DNA of 63,295 nt, the filler included, from Aduncisulcus paluster (lineage: Eukaryota): NCBI GenBank assembly GCA_024181965.1. It is 7 parts of 7 records of this genome, joined end to end, with 100 filler letters (N's around TTAATTAATTAA, not from the genome) between each part and the next. Parts side by side here need not be neighbours in the genome. Positions count along the whole stretch, not along the records: positions 1 to 25,541 come from BQXS01000140.1; positions 25,642 to 31,115 come from BQXS01000144.1; positions 31,216 to 46,210 come from BQXS01000145.1; 4 more parts are not named here. One strand, 5' to 3'. The notes beneath the pieces are model-generated. The model saw only the letters and a program-made list of their open reading frames with translations. It searched no databases and was not told the origin of the DNA. Positions 22,783-34,584 of the stretch are shown here, piece by piece (within the stretch, counting starts at the first letter, position 1; every line of letters begins with the position of its first letter). The translations under genes and the position numbers were made by a program.

Positions 22783-25541
22783 ATGAATTTCATTGGTAAA
22801 AATGCAAATATATTGATATTATTTTGATTGGAAACTCTTGCGGCTATTTGGTGTGATTCTACTCATTCTCTACGGAGAAAACTTATGCCATTAGTTAATT
22901 TACAATCTGCTTTATATCAAATACGGAAACATGTACGGGCCGGCCGTCTTGATTCTTCGAAAATAGAAATTGCTTGTCTCAACAAACCATTTTACCATAT
23001 TTTACCTTATGATGTCTATGATCAAAAATCAAAACATGGTTCCAAGTCAGCTTTTATTCGTTATAATGGAATAACCATTGTAAATCCTTCAAAAAGTATT
23101 GACGAGGTTTCGATCAGTTATAAACCCCTTAGAACCGCTCTAATGACTTTACAATCTGCCGAAGAACGTATATTAATCGATAAATCATCGGAAAAAAGAC
23201 ATGTGCAAAAACCTTCAAAATCTAAAGTGGAGAAGGCAGACCTATCGAAATCCAAGCGATCAAAAAAGAAGAAGAAACGTTTGACTCAACAGGAACGTAG
23301 GGAGGCTCAAAAAGCGCTTTGGGAAGAAGAATTATATGAGAAACATCAATATCGTTCAAAGGGACGAAAGAAGAAAATGAAACTGCATCGTCAGCGTGAA
23401 ATATTAAACAAATTGCATGAAATAGAATCATCTGGAGAGAAGGAATCCGAATATTCTGATAGTGAAATATCTGGAGATGGCGAGAAAACTCAAGGATCTT
23501 CTTCCACACTTTTCCCACGAGTTTGTTCTCATATTCATGACCATAAGACATATTCACACGCCCAAATATCAAAGAGTGACCTTGGGTCATATCGTCAAGC
23601 CCGTATAAACCTCCCTCCTTTTCCAGTCATAATGCCATATCATGTCTCTCAAATATTCCGCTATTCAAAGAATCATTCCAGTGGAAGTTTTGAAAAAGAA
23701 ACCGAATCGTCAATATATTATGCTTTACCTGGACTTTCTCAATCTATTTTTAGTATGGGTGTTGAGAATAACCTTATATTATCCACTCCTCTTCGAAGTC
23801 GAGAAAGTCAAATTAATCAGAAACGCATTGTGAAGATTGAACACCCTAAATCATGTCTTGGTGTTGAAGAAGTTTTGCAACGAGAGGGAATTTTGCGTGG
23901 ACATAAGGTTTCTGTTCTTCAAGTGTCTGGAAAAGGACGCCATTGTGTCATGCTATGTGAGTCTGGAAAAGATAGATTTCTCTGTGTATGGGGCAATAAT
24001 TCATGTGGTCAGCTTGGAATGTGTTCAAGTGGGCTTCATGGCGATGATTTTATCATCCATGGCTCAGATATTCGTTCTGTTCGATATCCATATCAATATA
24101 ACAATCATTCCATTGATGGTGAGAAACAAAGTGATCTGCCATCGGGACTTTCTCAAGATAATATAAATAGTTCCAATATTCCAAATATAGATGAGAGTAA
24201 TGAATCCGATGATTCTGCTTCTATTGTTCCTCCCACTATTATTCCATCCTCTGTCTTCTCTTCGATTCCGATTCAAATTGACACATCTCCTGCACACACT
24301 GTTGTTTTGTGTGCAGATGGAACAGTGTGGGTTGCAGGTGTGTGTGAGTATGCCGGAATACGGGGTGAATATGTCATTTCAAAGGAAAGGGAGAGAAAAG
24401 AGAGAGTTGTTCATCGAATCCGTGAACTCGAAGCTAGAATGGATGATTTGAAGGGAAAAGAAGATAAAATGACACTTGCAAAAGAAGAAGAAGATTGTAT
24501 CAATTTCGAAGATCTTCATCATGAAATGGGCGCAATTTCTATTCTTATTGAACGTTATCAAGCACAGTTATTGAGAAACGTTGTGTGGAATTCCGAAGGT
24601 GCAGTGTGTTGTGATAAATTTTTTCCTTTGAGTGAGGTGTATGTTGATGGTAGAATAGTATATCATCCAATTAAAACGGATAAGTTTCCATCAATTCAGA
24701 CACTCATTCATGAAGAAATGGGACTTTCTGAAGAGGATATTATAAAGGGAGATCCTCATGGAGATGTTGTTTATGATGAAGAGAAAGGAGTAGAAATTGT
24801 CTCAAAGGGGAAGAGGAAGTTGCTTATCGATGATGAGGATGATCCAAGTATCTCACACGATGACATGTATGGATTTGGTTCAAGTGAAGGTTCAAACGAT
24901 ATATATGCCGCATCTTCTTCATTTTCACACACTGCGGCTGCTTCCTCCTCCTCCTCTGCTTCGTACACGTTGACTGCCACCATATCTCGTCCTCTCTCAT
25001 CCTTTCCCGAGTTCTGTCTTGTTGCTTGTGGGTATACTCACACCCTTTTATTGTCTCGGTTAGGCAAGGTATTTGGATGTGGAGAAGGGCAGCATGGACA
25101 GCTTGGTCTTGGGTATTCACACCACATTAAAGTCATCCATGATGATATATATACACAGGTGTGGATGGATCAGAAGAAACAAAACGAGGAGGAGACGTTG
25201 GCAGCACAAGAGATGGAGAAGCAAGAAATGGGGGGGGACACATTCGCTGATAGGTCGTGTATCGACGAGGAGATGGATGATGATCATTCCATTGCTTCTT
25301 CAGACGAACCTGGGATTCCTCTCGATCCTTTCAATGGTGGGGATATGGGTGAACGATCAATTCCTCACGTCTCTTCCTCCACTCCATCCAATCTTATTCC
25401 AATTCCAGTTCACATTTCTTACCTTTCTACGAGGCAATTCAGACCGATATCCATCGCATGTGGGGAGAATTTCTCTGTGTTTCTCCTCAATAGTGGACGT
25501 ATCTGTACGTGTGGAGTGAACAACTGTGGTCAACTTGGGGT
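22783..25541 (+). CDS. RCC1-repeat protein, 3'-truncated by contig end; 5' structure uncertain
   Basis: RCC1 motifs VWGNNSCGQLG, HTVVLCADGTVWVAG, VACGYTHTLLL...VFGCGEGQHGQLG, IACGENFSVFL...CGVNNCGQLG. The in-frame ATG at 22783 is separated from the ORF by TGA 22825..22827; next ATG is at 22885. Confidence 0.85.
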
Positions 25542-25641
25542 NNNNNNNNNNNNNNNNNNNNNNNNNNNNNNNNNNNNNNNNNNNNTTAATTAATTAANNN
25601 NNNNNNNNNNNNNNNNNNNNNNNNNNNNNNNNNNNNNNNNN
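25542..25641. other. Artificial contig linker (also at 31116..31215, 46211..46310, 54568..54667, 56180..56279, 59026..59125)
   Basis: N44-TTAATTAATTAA-N44, a six-frame stop spacer, identical at all six sites. Confidence 0.98.
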
Positions 25642-28600
25642 CATCGACGATCACTTGCTGACATGAAGTTGAATATAAATCTGAATCATATCTGCACTCA
25701 TATCCATACTCACACCCGCCAGAACATCCATATGTCCCATCACCATTATCTGGGGAAGTACATGAAAAGTCCTCAGCAGATGTGTATGACGTGTATGAAT
25801 CACTGGCACACACAACATACCATGTGTTAGATCCAGGTTTTGTCTCACTGCAGACCTTGTTGGCATCGAGTGGAGTCGTTCCTAGATCATCAGAGGAACA
25901 TATGCAGGCTTGACCAGAAACATTCACGGTCGCAGGAGAAAACTTATTTGCAAGGAAAGTCTCAATTGCACTATCACCATCATCACCACCACAGATATAA
26001 TTATTGGACAAGTCAAGACTGATCCAAGAACTATTGCTGGACAAAGCATACAACGGGGAAGGATCAGAGATGTTATTGTTGCTCAGAGAAAGATAGGTCA
26101 CATTGGGTATGCTGGCAGCAAGATGGAACAACAAAGAGAGTGAAGTGTTGTTGGCACTAAAAGAAGTGAGAGACGAAGGAAAAAGCCCAGACTCAGTGAT
26201 ATCATATTCTGTGTTGTCATTCAAAGAGAGTGTCGTGAGCGCTGTAAATGATGTGAAATCACTATCAGCATCAAGATAAACAGCCTCAAGAGTTAAATCA
26301 GTTAATGACAAAGGAAGGTATCCAATATCAGTATTCCCAATGGACACAGAACTAGATGAAGTGCCAAAGATAGACAAAGATGTCATGTTCACAGCATGTT
26401 GTAGACCTTCAAAGGAGTCCACAATGGAAGAACTCACAGAGGTCACGGTTGCCATGTCTGAAAGAGTCAGATCATCACAGAAGAAATCATGAGCACTTGG
26501 ATTAACAACAGCCAGACACACGGCCCTTCGAAGGTGGGAGTCAGGAATGTCAACGTATTCACATGAATCACCATGGAAACCAAATGAACATCCACATGAT
26601 ACATCTGTTGCGCCAATATCAATAATTGGAACTAAAATAGCTTTCTTCTTGCACACTTGGCAACGAATAGAATCTTCAGAGGTAACAGCTTCAACACACG
26701 AATTTGTTTCTTTTTCCAAGTAATACCCATTCCAGCACTCGACTTGGTAAGCTCCATCAGAACGTTGACGACAGGTCTTGTGAGAAGAAAATGATACATC
26801 GGCCCCTTCAGAGCATGGACATGGAGATTGATTTGTAGCATTGATTGTGAAGTTAGTGTTTGTGAAGTGAGTTTGTAGCATCGTTACGATATTATCAATA
26901 TCACAGATATTATTATCACTGATGTCAAGAGTTGTGAGGAAATTATTTGGGAATATCGATTCTGTGATGAGAACAGATACATCAGAGATGATGTTGTTGG
27001 AGAGGTCAAGAGATGTCAGTTTGAACTTGTCTGTGCTTGAGTCTCCAGAAGCAATGGGAGTCAAGTCAAGCACATCACTGATAGTACTCAATCCACATCC
27101 ACTCGCAGATAATATCCTCAGACCAGAATCAATGGTTACAATTGTCACAGCCTTTGCCAAGANNNNNNNNNNNNNNNNNNNNAATGATACATCGGCCCCT
27201 TCAGAGCATGGACATGGAGATTGATTTGTAGCATTGATTGTGAAGTTAGTGTTTGTGAAGTGAGTTTGTAGCATCATTACGATATTATCAATATCACAGA
27301 TATTATTATCACTGATGTCAAGAGTTGTGAGGAAATTATTTGGGAATATCGATTCTGTGATGAGAACAGATACATCAGAGATGATGTTGTTGGAGAGGTC
27401 AAGAGATGTCAGTTTGAACTTGTCTGTGCTTGAGTCTCCAGAAGCAATGGGAGTCAAGTCAAGCACATCACTGATAGTACTCAATCCACATCCACTCGCA
27501 GATAATATCCTCAGACCAGAATCAATGGTTACAATTGTCACAGCCTTTGCCAAGATCTGAACAACCAACTTATCATACTCGGCATTCTCATTGATATCTC
27601 CACTCAAGTCATACCCATCAAGGGTCAGAGAGGTCAGTGAAGTGGCATACTCAAGACCTTGCAGAGTTGTGATGGAATTCACAGATGATATGCCCATATC
27701 TGCTACAATGGATGAGAGAGACAAAGAGGAAGAAGGACATGACAGAGAACTCCGCAATGTGGCAACACTAATCATCCCATTGGATTCAATATCAGAACTA
27801 CTCAGACATCCATTGGTGGGATCAGACAAATAAGCCCGAATATTATCATCATGAACGGTATAACACTCGCCAGCAGAGCCTTCCTTAGCAATGAATGCAC
27901 ATTGTTTCTCATTCACAGCATCGATACTGTTGTACACTTCGTTCAGAACAATGGAAGGACATAATGAAGGATTTGAAGTATCACAGTTATATGGGGAATT
28001 TCCAGGATTAGAGTTGAGAGGACAGCTATTAGAAATACAGTATGCGTCCTTATTGTCTGAGGAATGAAATGGAAAGACAGTCGTTATAAATGTCCAATAA
28101 TCGGTATCATCTTCTGATCTACAGAGAGGTATGAATCTAGAAACATGTATATACCCAATGCTCATATAATACAATCCAACATTCCTAAATGAGACAGATA
28201 TGTCATAGATTCGTTCATTCCCGAAAATATACAATATAAACAATCTATTCAATGTGAATAAAGAATTGAGATCATAAATATTGACATTATAGGTAGTTGA
28301 AGTTTGATAAAAATGTAAGCGTGATTGTTGTTCAAGGAAAGAAATAGGATAAACTGATGTTACATCCGTATTGTCTCCATGGAAATCATAAATGTTTATC
28401 AAATACTGAGCACCTTCAAAGGATATAAAATGGGAACTATTTGAGTGAAAAGTTCCACTTATCCCAGCAATTTCAAACTCTGACACATCACACAATGGAT
28501 CTAATGTAATATCATATCCGGCATAATCACACACTTTCTCTCTAAATAACTCATCTGGAATGTACACTTGATACAACTGGTCACAATCGTCACCATACCA

Positions 28601-29569
28601 GGCAGATCGACAATCAGATGTAATGAGATCTTCTGTCGTTTTGACACACATTTGATGATCATTCATATCACTGGGACATTCACCAACGGTATCTTCAATA
28701 CATGAATACTCTCCTTGGTCATAATAATAACCCTCCTCACACTCGGCTGCGTAGCGACCAGGATATACCTCATTGCAGACCAAGTGATCGTCCTCGGAGA
28801 GATACATGGAACATTCTTCAGAGAAACCATAGCCAAGGACAGAATGGAAGGAAACACACAGAACAGCCAAGAATATGAGCATGGAAGGAATAGAGTTCAT
28901 TCTACTCCCAGTAGTAAGCATAGTAGAAATAATAGAAACAACAAGAAGAGTGATGGAGAGAACAGCAATGAGGAGAAGACCAAGGGGATGTGGATGCAAA
29001 AAAGAATGGTCCTCAGAGAGTGGCATGGCGGGACAAGAAAGAATGTCTATGCTATGGGTGAGATCATTGGCGATCTCACGGGCAAGGTTATAACGGTTCG
29101 GATGGCCTGCCATAACATATCCAGGAGCAAAAGCAGAGGAACAGGCAGAACAAAGACGACAACAAGAAGAACACGAGGAAAGATGGGCATTGTGAGGTAA
29201 AAGACTACTACTCGTGGACTCAGACAATGAACTGATCAGACCCGAACTGTCAGAAGAGAAAGATGGCAACATCATGGAATAGGACGAAATGAAACAATCC
29301 CTGCAATTCATGGAGATAGTAATATCCGAGACATGTCCAAAGGCATCTCCAACATTTCTGTCAACAGCATAACCAAGGAATTCAGAAGGATGATGGGCAT
29401 AAAGGGTGGGATTGGAGTTGCCGAAAAATAATAAGGAGGACAATACCAATACCAAGAACGGTAAAATGAAATAATTCAACGGGATTCTGAAAATACCTTC
29501 AGAATTGTTCAATACGGGGAGATGAAAAGTGTCCCACATAGAAAAGTCCTGAAACGGATTTTGTTTCAT
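25642..29569 (-). CDS. Membrane/surface protein with internalin-like LRR blocks alternating with Cys-rich EGF-like modules; 3'-truncated
   Basis: Three N-terminal hydrophobic segments; caps IPDELFREKVC, VHDDNIRAYL, IPDSHLRRAVC; LRRs LTSLDLSNNIISD, LTTLDISDNNICD, LSLSNNNISD; EGF-like CRSAWYGDDC and CGCSFGFHGDSC. 26790..27162 = 27183..27555 is a gap duplication. Confidence 0.88.
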
Positions 29570-29839
29570 TGAAGTAGATATAAAATTGCTTTAAATAGTC
29601 GGTATTTTCAAAATAGATTGAATTATACTCTTAGAGCGTCGGGGAAATGGAATCCATGGATGATCCATGATGGATCAGTTTGAAATTGACCTTATGAAGA
29701 TTGAAAGATATTAAGACTATATTTATATTAAAATCGTTTTTTATTGAAATTAATAAAATTGACGTCCTCGGCGTAAGTCAGACAGCTGTATGACGTGGAG
29801 AAAAATACAAGTAGCCGCTTCCGGGAAATTATCCCCTTT

Positions 29840-29941
29840 CAAACTCCGCTAGGCATTTTGACTCTTGACCAATAAAAAGAATTCGTTGAACATCACCCTA
29901 AAGTCGTAATAGATTGCTTTGCACGGTGGAATTTATGTATT
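29840..29941 (+). repeat. Dispersed repeat: internally deleted copy of 34902..35415 (minus) carrying a thioredoxin-like fragment
   Basis: 29854..29941 matches the reverse complement of 34902..34989 at 85/88 nt. 29840..29853 (CAAACTCCGCTAGG) matches the reverse complement of 35402..35415 exactly. Confidence 0.9.
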
Positions 29942-30118
29942 GCCGATTTCGAAAAAACTGACCAAGGGAAGGTGTAAGTCATCGAGAGGGAATAAAGAAA
30001 AGTGAAATAAAAAATACATTTTGAAATTATTTCACTTGAGATTTTTTTTATTTTATGGTTAATTACCTTATTAATCTTATAATACTCCCATTAACATTCT
30101 TGGGAGTTTTTTGGACAT

Positions 30119-30859
30119 GTGCAGGGATTCGGGCATACCCCAATGCAAATTAACCTTCATTTTATTATTAAGATAAAGAGCAGTTTGCGTATTAACCGTT
30201 CCACTCCACAATACCACAGTTCCATTCGAGTTAGAAACATTCAAGAGCTTCGAGCAGCAATATTTACTTCGTTATCAGTATATATAACCGAAAAACATTT
30301 TATAGAAGATTCACCACATTCCCCACAATTTATTAAACTCAGTGGGTCCTCCATCAGTTCTATCGTCCCCCGAGGCATAGTACCAACACAACATGTGGAA
30401 TTGACAGTTGCCCAGGTTAATATATTCCTTACAAAACTTAGACCCAATGTTTTAATGATTCCCCGAAGTAGGTCTTCTCATACTCTTGAAAACGTCACCC
30501 TGCTCGATAGGGCTCGTTTATTAGCACTCACGGTCAATGAAACAACTAGATCCGCTTCCCATAGACGCTCATCGCCTGTTCTTGAACCAATTGCGGGAGC
30601 AACCGAGGATGATGAATTAAAGGTTGCTCAGGACGCAAGTCATCAAGAAGAATGCCGTTTCCGTCATGTAAATCACCACGCATTTTCTTCCGATTCCGAC
30701 AATTTTCTCTTCCTTCCTCTTCTCTCACATTCGTCAATTGTACTATCTAACCATTTCCACCTTCTCACAGTTCGTTCCGACCTATCTAATACACCCGAAA
30801 CCCAATCTTTCTTACAAAGCCCTTCCATCACCCTTTTTCCGACTTTACACCTAATATAA
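30119..30859 (+). CDS. Hypothetical ORF (246 aa); its 3' quarter is antisense to a transposase fragment
   Basis: Open frame only; no recognisable motif. Confidence 0.3.
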   Translation: MQGFGHTPMQINLHFIIKIKSSLRINRSTPQYHSSIRVRNIQELRAAIFTSLSVYITEKHFIEDSPHSPQFIKLSGSSISSIVPRGIVPTQHVELTVAQVNIFLTKLRPNVLMIPRSRSSHTLENVTLLDRARLLALTVNETTRSASHRRSSPVLEPIAGATEDDELKVAQDASHQEECRFRHVNHHAFSSDSDNFLFLPLLSHSSIVLSNHFHLLTVRSDLSNTPETQSFLQSPSITLFPTLHLI

Positions 30860-30888
30860 CGTGGTATATGCTTATTGATATGGGGCAT
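30673..30888 (-). mobile_element. Tc1/mariner-IS630-like transposase N-terminal HTH fragment (truncated)
   Basis: VSGVLDRSERTVRRWK...RRGRKRKLSESEE matches the first HTH plus GRPR-like linker of IS630/Tc1 transposases. No DDE domain follows. Confidence 0.6.
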
Positions 30889-31215
30889 TTTAATGGTATT
30901 TTCCCTTTTAGCTGTCCAAATCGATAGATAAATCTAATCTCTTAGTTCCACCATACTATGACATTTTAAAGAAATAAAACATTAATTTTATAAAATAATT
31001 AATTTAAAATTCATATTGTATAATTTATTAAAATGTCGATTACCTTCACTTTTCGGTGAGCTCCCTTACCTTTCCCTTGTTGGTGAAACGGTCACTTTTC
31101 ATGAAACCAGCAATANNNNNNNNNNNNNNNNNNNNNNNNNNNNNNNNNNNNNNNNNNNNTTAATTAATTAANNNNNNNNNNNNNNNNNNNNNNNNNNNNN
31201 NNNNNNNNNNNNNNN

Positions 31216-31774
31216 GGGTGAATCATATGCCGACATATTTCTTGTATGCGTTGCCCTGACCAATTTGTTAGTGACAAGATCCCCGTTAAGACGAGATGAA
31301 GCAGCGACGTATCGACATTTGATGAGAAAGCATTGGTATTCCCTTCCTAATAGGAGGGTAGAAGAAGACGAGGAAGAAGACGAGGAAGGTCAAGATGCAC
31401 CAGCTGAACACTCACCAAACTTATCTTTGCTCTCTCAAAGTGCCGTTTTAACCAGTGATTCACGTCCAACCGAAGAAGAAGATGATTAGATCGAGTTCAA
31501 GCATTGTAACATAATTACGAGATATTAAACAATAAATATTCATTGTTTCTGTATTTAATTAAGAAAATATCATATTTTACGATAATACAATTACGATATT
31601 AATCAATTACGGAAAAATCAATGAAATTTCACATCTGGCGGACCAATTTCAAAATTCGAACCAATTTCGAAATTGCCGACTAATTTCGAAATTGCTGACC
31701 AATAAAGTTTATTGATGGAGTAATTTCTTTATTAAAAATAATTTCGAAATACCCCCCCTATTCGGAAATTCCCC
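31216..31774 (+). mobile_element. Right end of a PIF/Harbinger-like (DDE_Tnp_4) DNA transposon
   Basis: Contig begins in frame with GESYADIFLVCVALTNLLVTRSPLRRDE, resembling the C-terminal CxALxN..PLR helix of DDE_Tnp_4 transposases; stop at 31489. Subterminal repeats follow, then ...AAATTCCCC and TAA (Harbinger-type target site). Confidence 0.6.
31638..31703 (+). repeat. Subterminal tandem repeat, ~3.5 units of 18-19 bp, consensus GCCGACCAATTTCGAAATT
   Basis: gcggaccaatttcaaaatt / cgaaccaatttcgaaatt / gccgactaatttcgaaatt / gctgaccaat, with palindromic core AATTTCGAAATT. Related copies at 31740 and 31761. Confidence 0.85.
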
Positions 31775-31823
31775 TAATGAATAAACTTTATTCATTGAAT
31801 GAAAGATATTATACAGTAATAAA

Positions 31824-33621
31824 TTAGAGGTCATCAAAGTCTTCATATTCTTGATACGAGTCCTCAAATTCTTCAACAGATTCTTCAAACCTCTCCTGCA
31901 TTCTTAACAGAGATGAATGTGATGAAAATCTACGGATTGAAAGATCCCCTCCAAAAAAGCATGTTTTCTCAAGTTTTGTCATGATATCATCTTTGGAATG
32001 TTCCCATGGCAGAAGGGATAATAGTTCACTCACAACTATTTCTTCTGGCATAGTAAATACAAGGGAGTTGATAAAGAAATTCCTCGACTTCTCCTCTTCG
32101 CCTTCTATATTTCCTTCAATCTCACATAAAATAATATTTGGCAAATCAATAGGAAGAAAATAAGATCCAGTATCATCCTTAATCATTTCAAATTCATACT
32201 TCTTATTCGTCTTCAAACCATCAGAGTTAGTGAAAGTGAAGAAAAGAGACAACTGACTATTACAAGACTTCATGCAGATATGAGCACCTTTCAGAGGACT
32301 AGGTGATGGAAAAGGGATGGAAAGATATGATAAGGATGACCAATGTTCCTCTTTCAAGATTCTTTGTGCTCCTGAACTCTGATCATACTCTTTGGATTCC
32401 TTACTCAAATCAGAAATGGTTCCTTTAACCATTGATAATGAAGATTGAACGAGTTTAGGATCATCGCGTGGGATAGGAATCAAATCTCTACTCGTCTTTC
32501 TTCCATCATCTCGGTCTTCTTCATAAACTTTGTCCTTTTTAGACGCAATCAATGGACTCACAACTGGAGTTTCAGACCAGAGCTTCTCCTTGGCTTCATG
32601 GACTTTGCACTCTTCAGGGGATTTTTCGCGAAAAAAAAGGAGAGATGGTATTTGAAAATTCCTCATTTCTCCAAATACTTCTTTATCTTCCTCGTTGGGC
32701 TTTCCGCAAATCTCACACTTAACAACATCAGGGAGATCAATGGGAAGGAAGAAGCAACCACAAGCAAATCCTTCAGGAAATANNNNNNNNNNNNNNNNNN
32801 NNGATAGGAATCAAATCTCTACTCGTCTTTCTTCCATCATCTCGGTCTTCTTCATAAACTTTGTCCTTTTTAGACGCAATCAATGGACTCACAACTGGAG
32901 TTTCAGACCAGAGCTTCTCCTTGGCTTCATGGACTTTGCACTCTTCAGGGGATTTTTCGCGAAAAAAAAGGAGAGATGGTATTTGAAAATTCCTCATTTC
33001 TCCAAATACTTCTTTATCTTCCTCGTTGGGCTTTCCGCAAATCTCACACTTAACAACATCAGGGAGATCAATGGGAAGGAAGAAGCAACCACAAGCAAAT
33101 CCTTCAGGAAATATGTATTTCTTCGATGTTAATTCGCCGTTTGAAGCAGTAAAAGTGAAGAGAAGTTCGGATGGAGGTGTATGAGCAGCATGGAGACAAA
33201 TATAAGCACCTTTCATGGGAGTAGGTGGAGTTTCAGAAAAAGGAATGGATATATGAGTGAAGGTTCCAAAGTTTTCCTCGCCAAGCATCAGAGATAGTGC
33301 TTCCTCAGTTTGAACAGTCTCATCATAATCTCCATTGTTGTAAGACGACGTCTTTTTTCTTTTATAAGCTTGGTAAGCAGGAGATTTCTTGTATTCATCT
33401 CTTGCTTCGAGAGACATCAAGTCTGGGCACCTTACATCATCTCCATCTCGGGGAATTGGAATGAAATTCCAATTGTTTTTTCCATCGGTTACAAGTTCAG
33501 CTTTGACGATTTGAACGTCCACTGAACGGTGTGGAACACCTTCTTTTGAATTTGATACAGTAGGCGCCAACTCTGGCATAATCAATTCAGTATTTGTTGG
33601 TGAACTTACGCAATTTCCCAT
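31824..33621 (-). CDS. Two-domain member of an uncharacterised ~170-aa repeat family, with predicted N-myristoylation/palmitoylation motif
   Basis: ORFs 32773..33621 and 31824..32666 join after collapsing 32472..32782 = 32803..33113. Starts MGNCVSS. Two copies of PIPRD...SIPF...KGAxIC...FTFTxSxG..KKY.F...FLPIDLP...CEI. Confidence 0.88.
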
Positions 33622-34161
33622 TTCTATGTATTTTTTGATGAAAAATTTATAAAATGAGGCTTAGAATATCAAGAGATTTGAATTAAATTTCCAAAAAAAA
33701 TTAAAAAAAACACTTGAAACTGTGGCGAATGAAGTGCAATTTATAAATAAATATACTTTTATAATGTCAAATTCCTTCTCAGGACTGGAAAATAACGTTC
33801 TATTGCAAAAACTGGAGGTCCGGACCTTGGTATAAACATCGTTTTGAACCGACCAATTGTCGGCATTTGACGTTTCAAAATATGAAGTTATTTTGCTCCT
33901 TAGCATAGATTTTTCATTGCTCTTTGAATTTTATATTGATGTATGTATATTATTTATGTTTCATTTTTTTATATAGCTCGATATTTACCATCTAAACTAA
34001 TTTTCTCCTTATTATGTGTTTTTCCCTTATATTACGATGATAATATTATAAACCGTATTTTAATATCCTTTTTGTGTAATTTTTCTCTATTTTTTATCTG
34101 ATTTTGCCATCTTTTGATCAAATTGTATTTTTTATTGTTTCAACAACAAGTAACTACAATA

Positions 34162-34584
34162 ATGTATCCTAAATCAGAGCAATTTATGCAATCCAAAACA
34201 GATAAAGCTGTTAGTGTCTGGATAGCATCCCAAATTAAAACAGAAATGACCCGTTTAATTACATGTGGGATTCATCCTGTTGCTTTGAGAGTTAAAAATT
34301 TTGGAATTGTTCATGAGAAGAGTCTTTTTGTTAATCGAGTGGAATTTATTGACATTTTGAAGTTCACGGATAAAGTTCAACTCATGGTGTCAGAGCCTGT
34401 CGAATGTGCTCCAAAAGCTCATTTTATGTATTGTAATATCGTTGTGCTTGATTCAACACAGTCTTCAACAAATTGCTTCATTTTTCCGTATGTATATGAA
34501 AGAAAGAGGAAGAACAAGTTACAAGATTGGAAATTGATCGATTCTACTGGTCGAGAATTACGTTTAAGGGTCAATTTTAAATAA
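34162..34584 (+). CDS. Small hypothetical protein (~140 aa)
   Basis: ORF MYPKSEQF...LRVNFK*, preceded by AT-rich DNA. 34608..34906 is a gap duplicate of its 3' part. Confidence 0.5.
   Translation: MYPKSEQFMQSKTDKAVSVWIASQIKTEMTRLITCGIHPVALRVKNFGIVHEKSLFVNRVEFIDILKFTDKVQLMVSEPVECAPKAHFMYCNIVVLDSTQSSTNCFIFPYVYERKRKNKLQDWKLIDSTGRELRLRVNFK

Noticed and set aside
25586-25597. Recurrent TTAATTAATTAA palindrome between N runs
   Set aside because: Synthetic six-frame-stop linker joining contigs; adjacency across it carries no biological meaning.
31638-31703. CRISPR-like short palindromic repeats
   Set aside because: The units are contiguous with no spacers, there are no cas genes and the context is eukaryotic; better explained as transposon subterminal repeats.
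33941-33976. GTATGT...ATATAG candidate 36-nt intron
   Set aside because: Splicing does not link an ATG-initiated frame to the downstream ORF; stops follow within a few codons.
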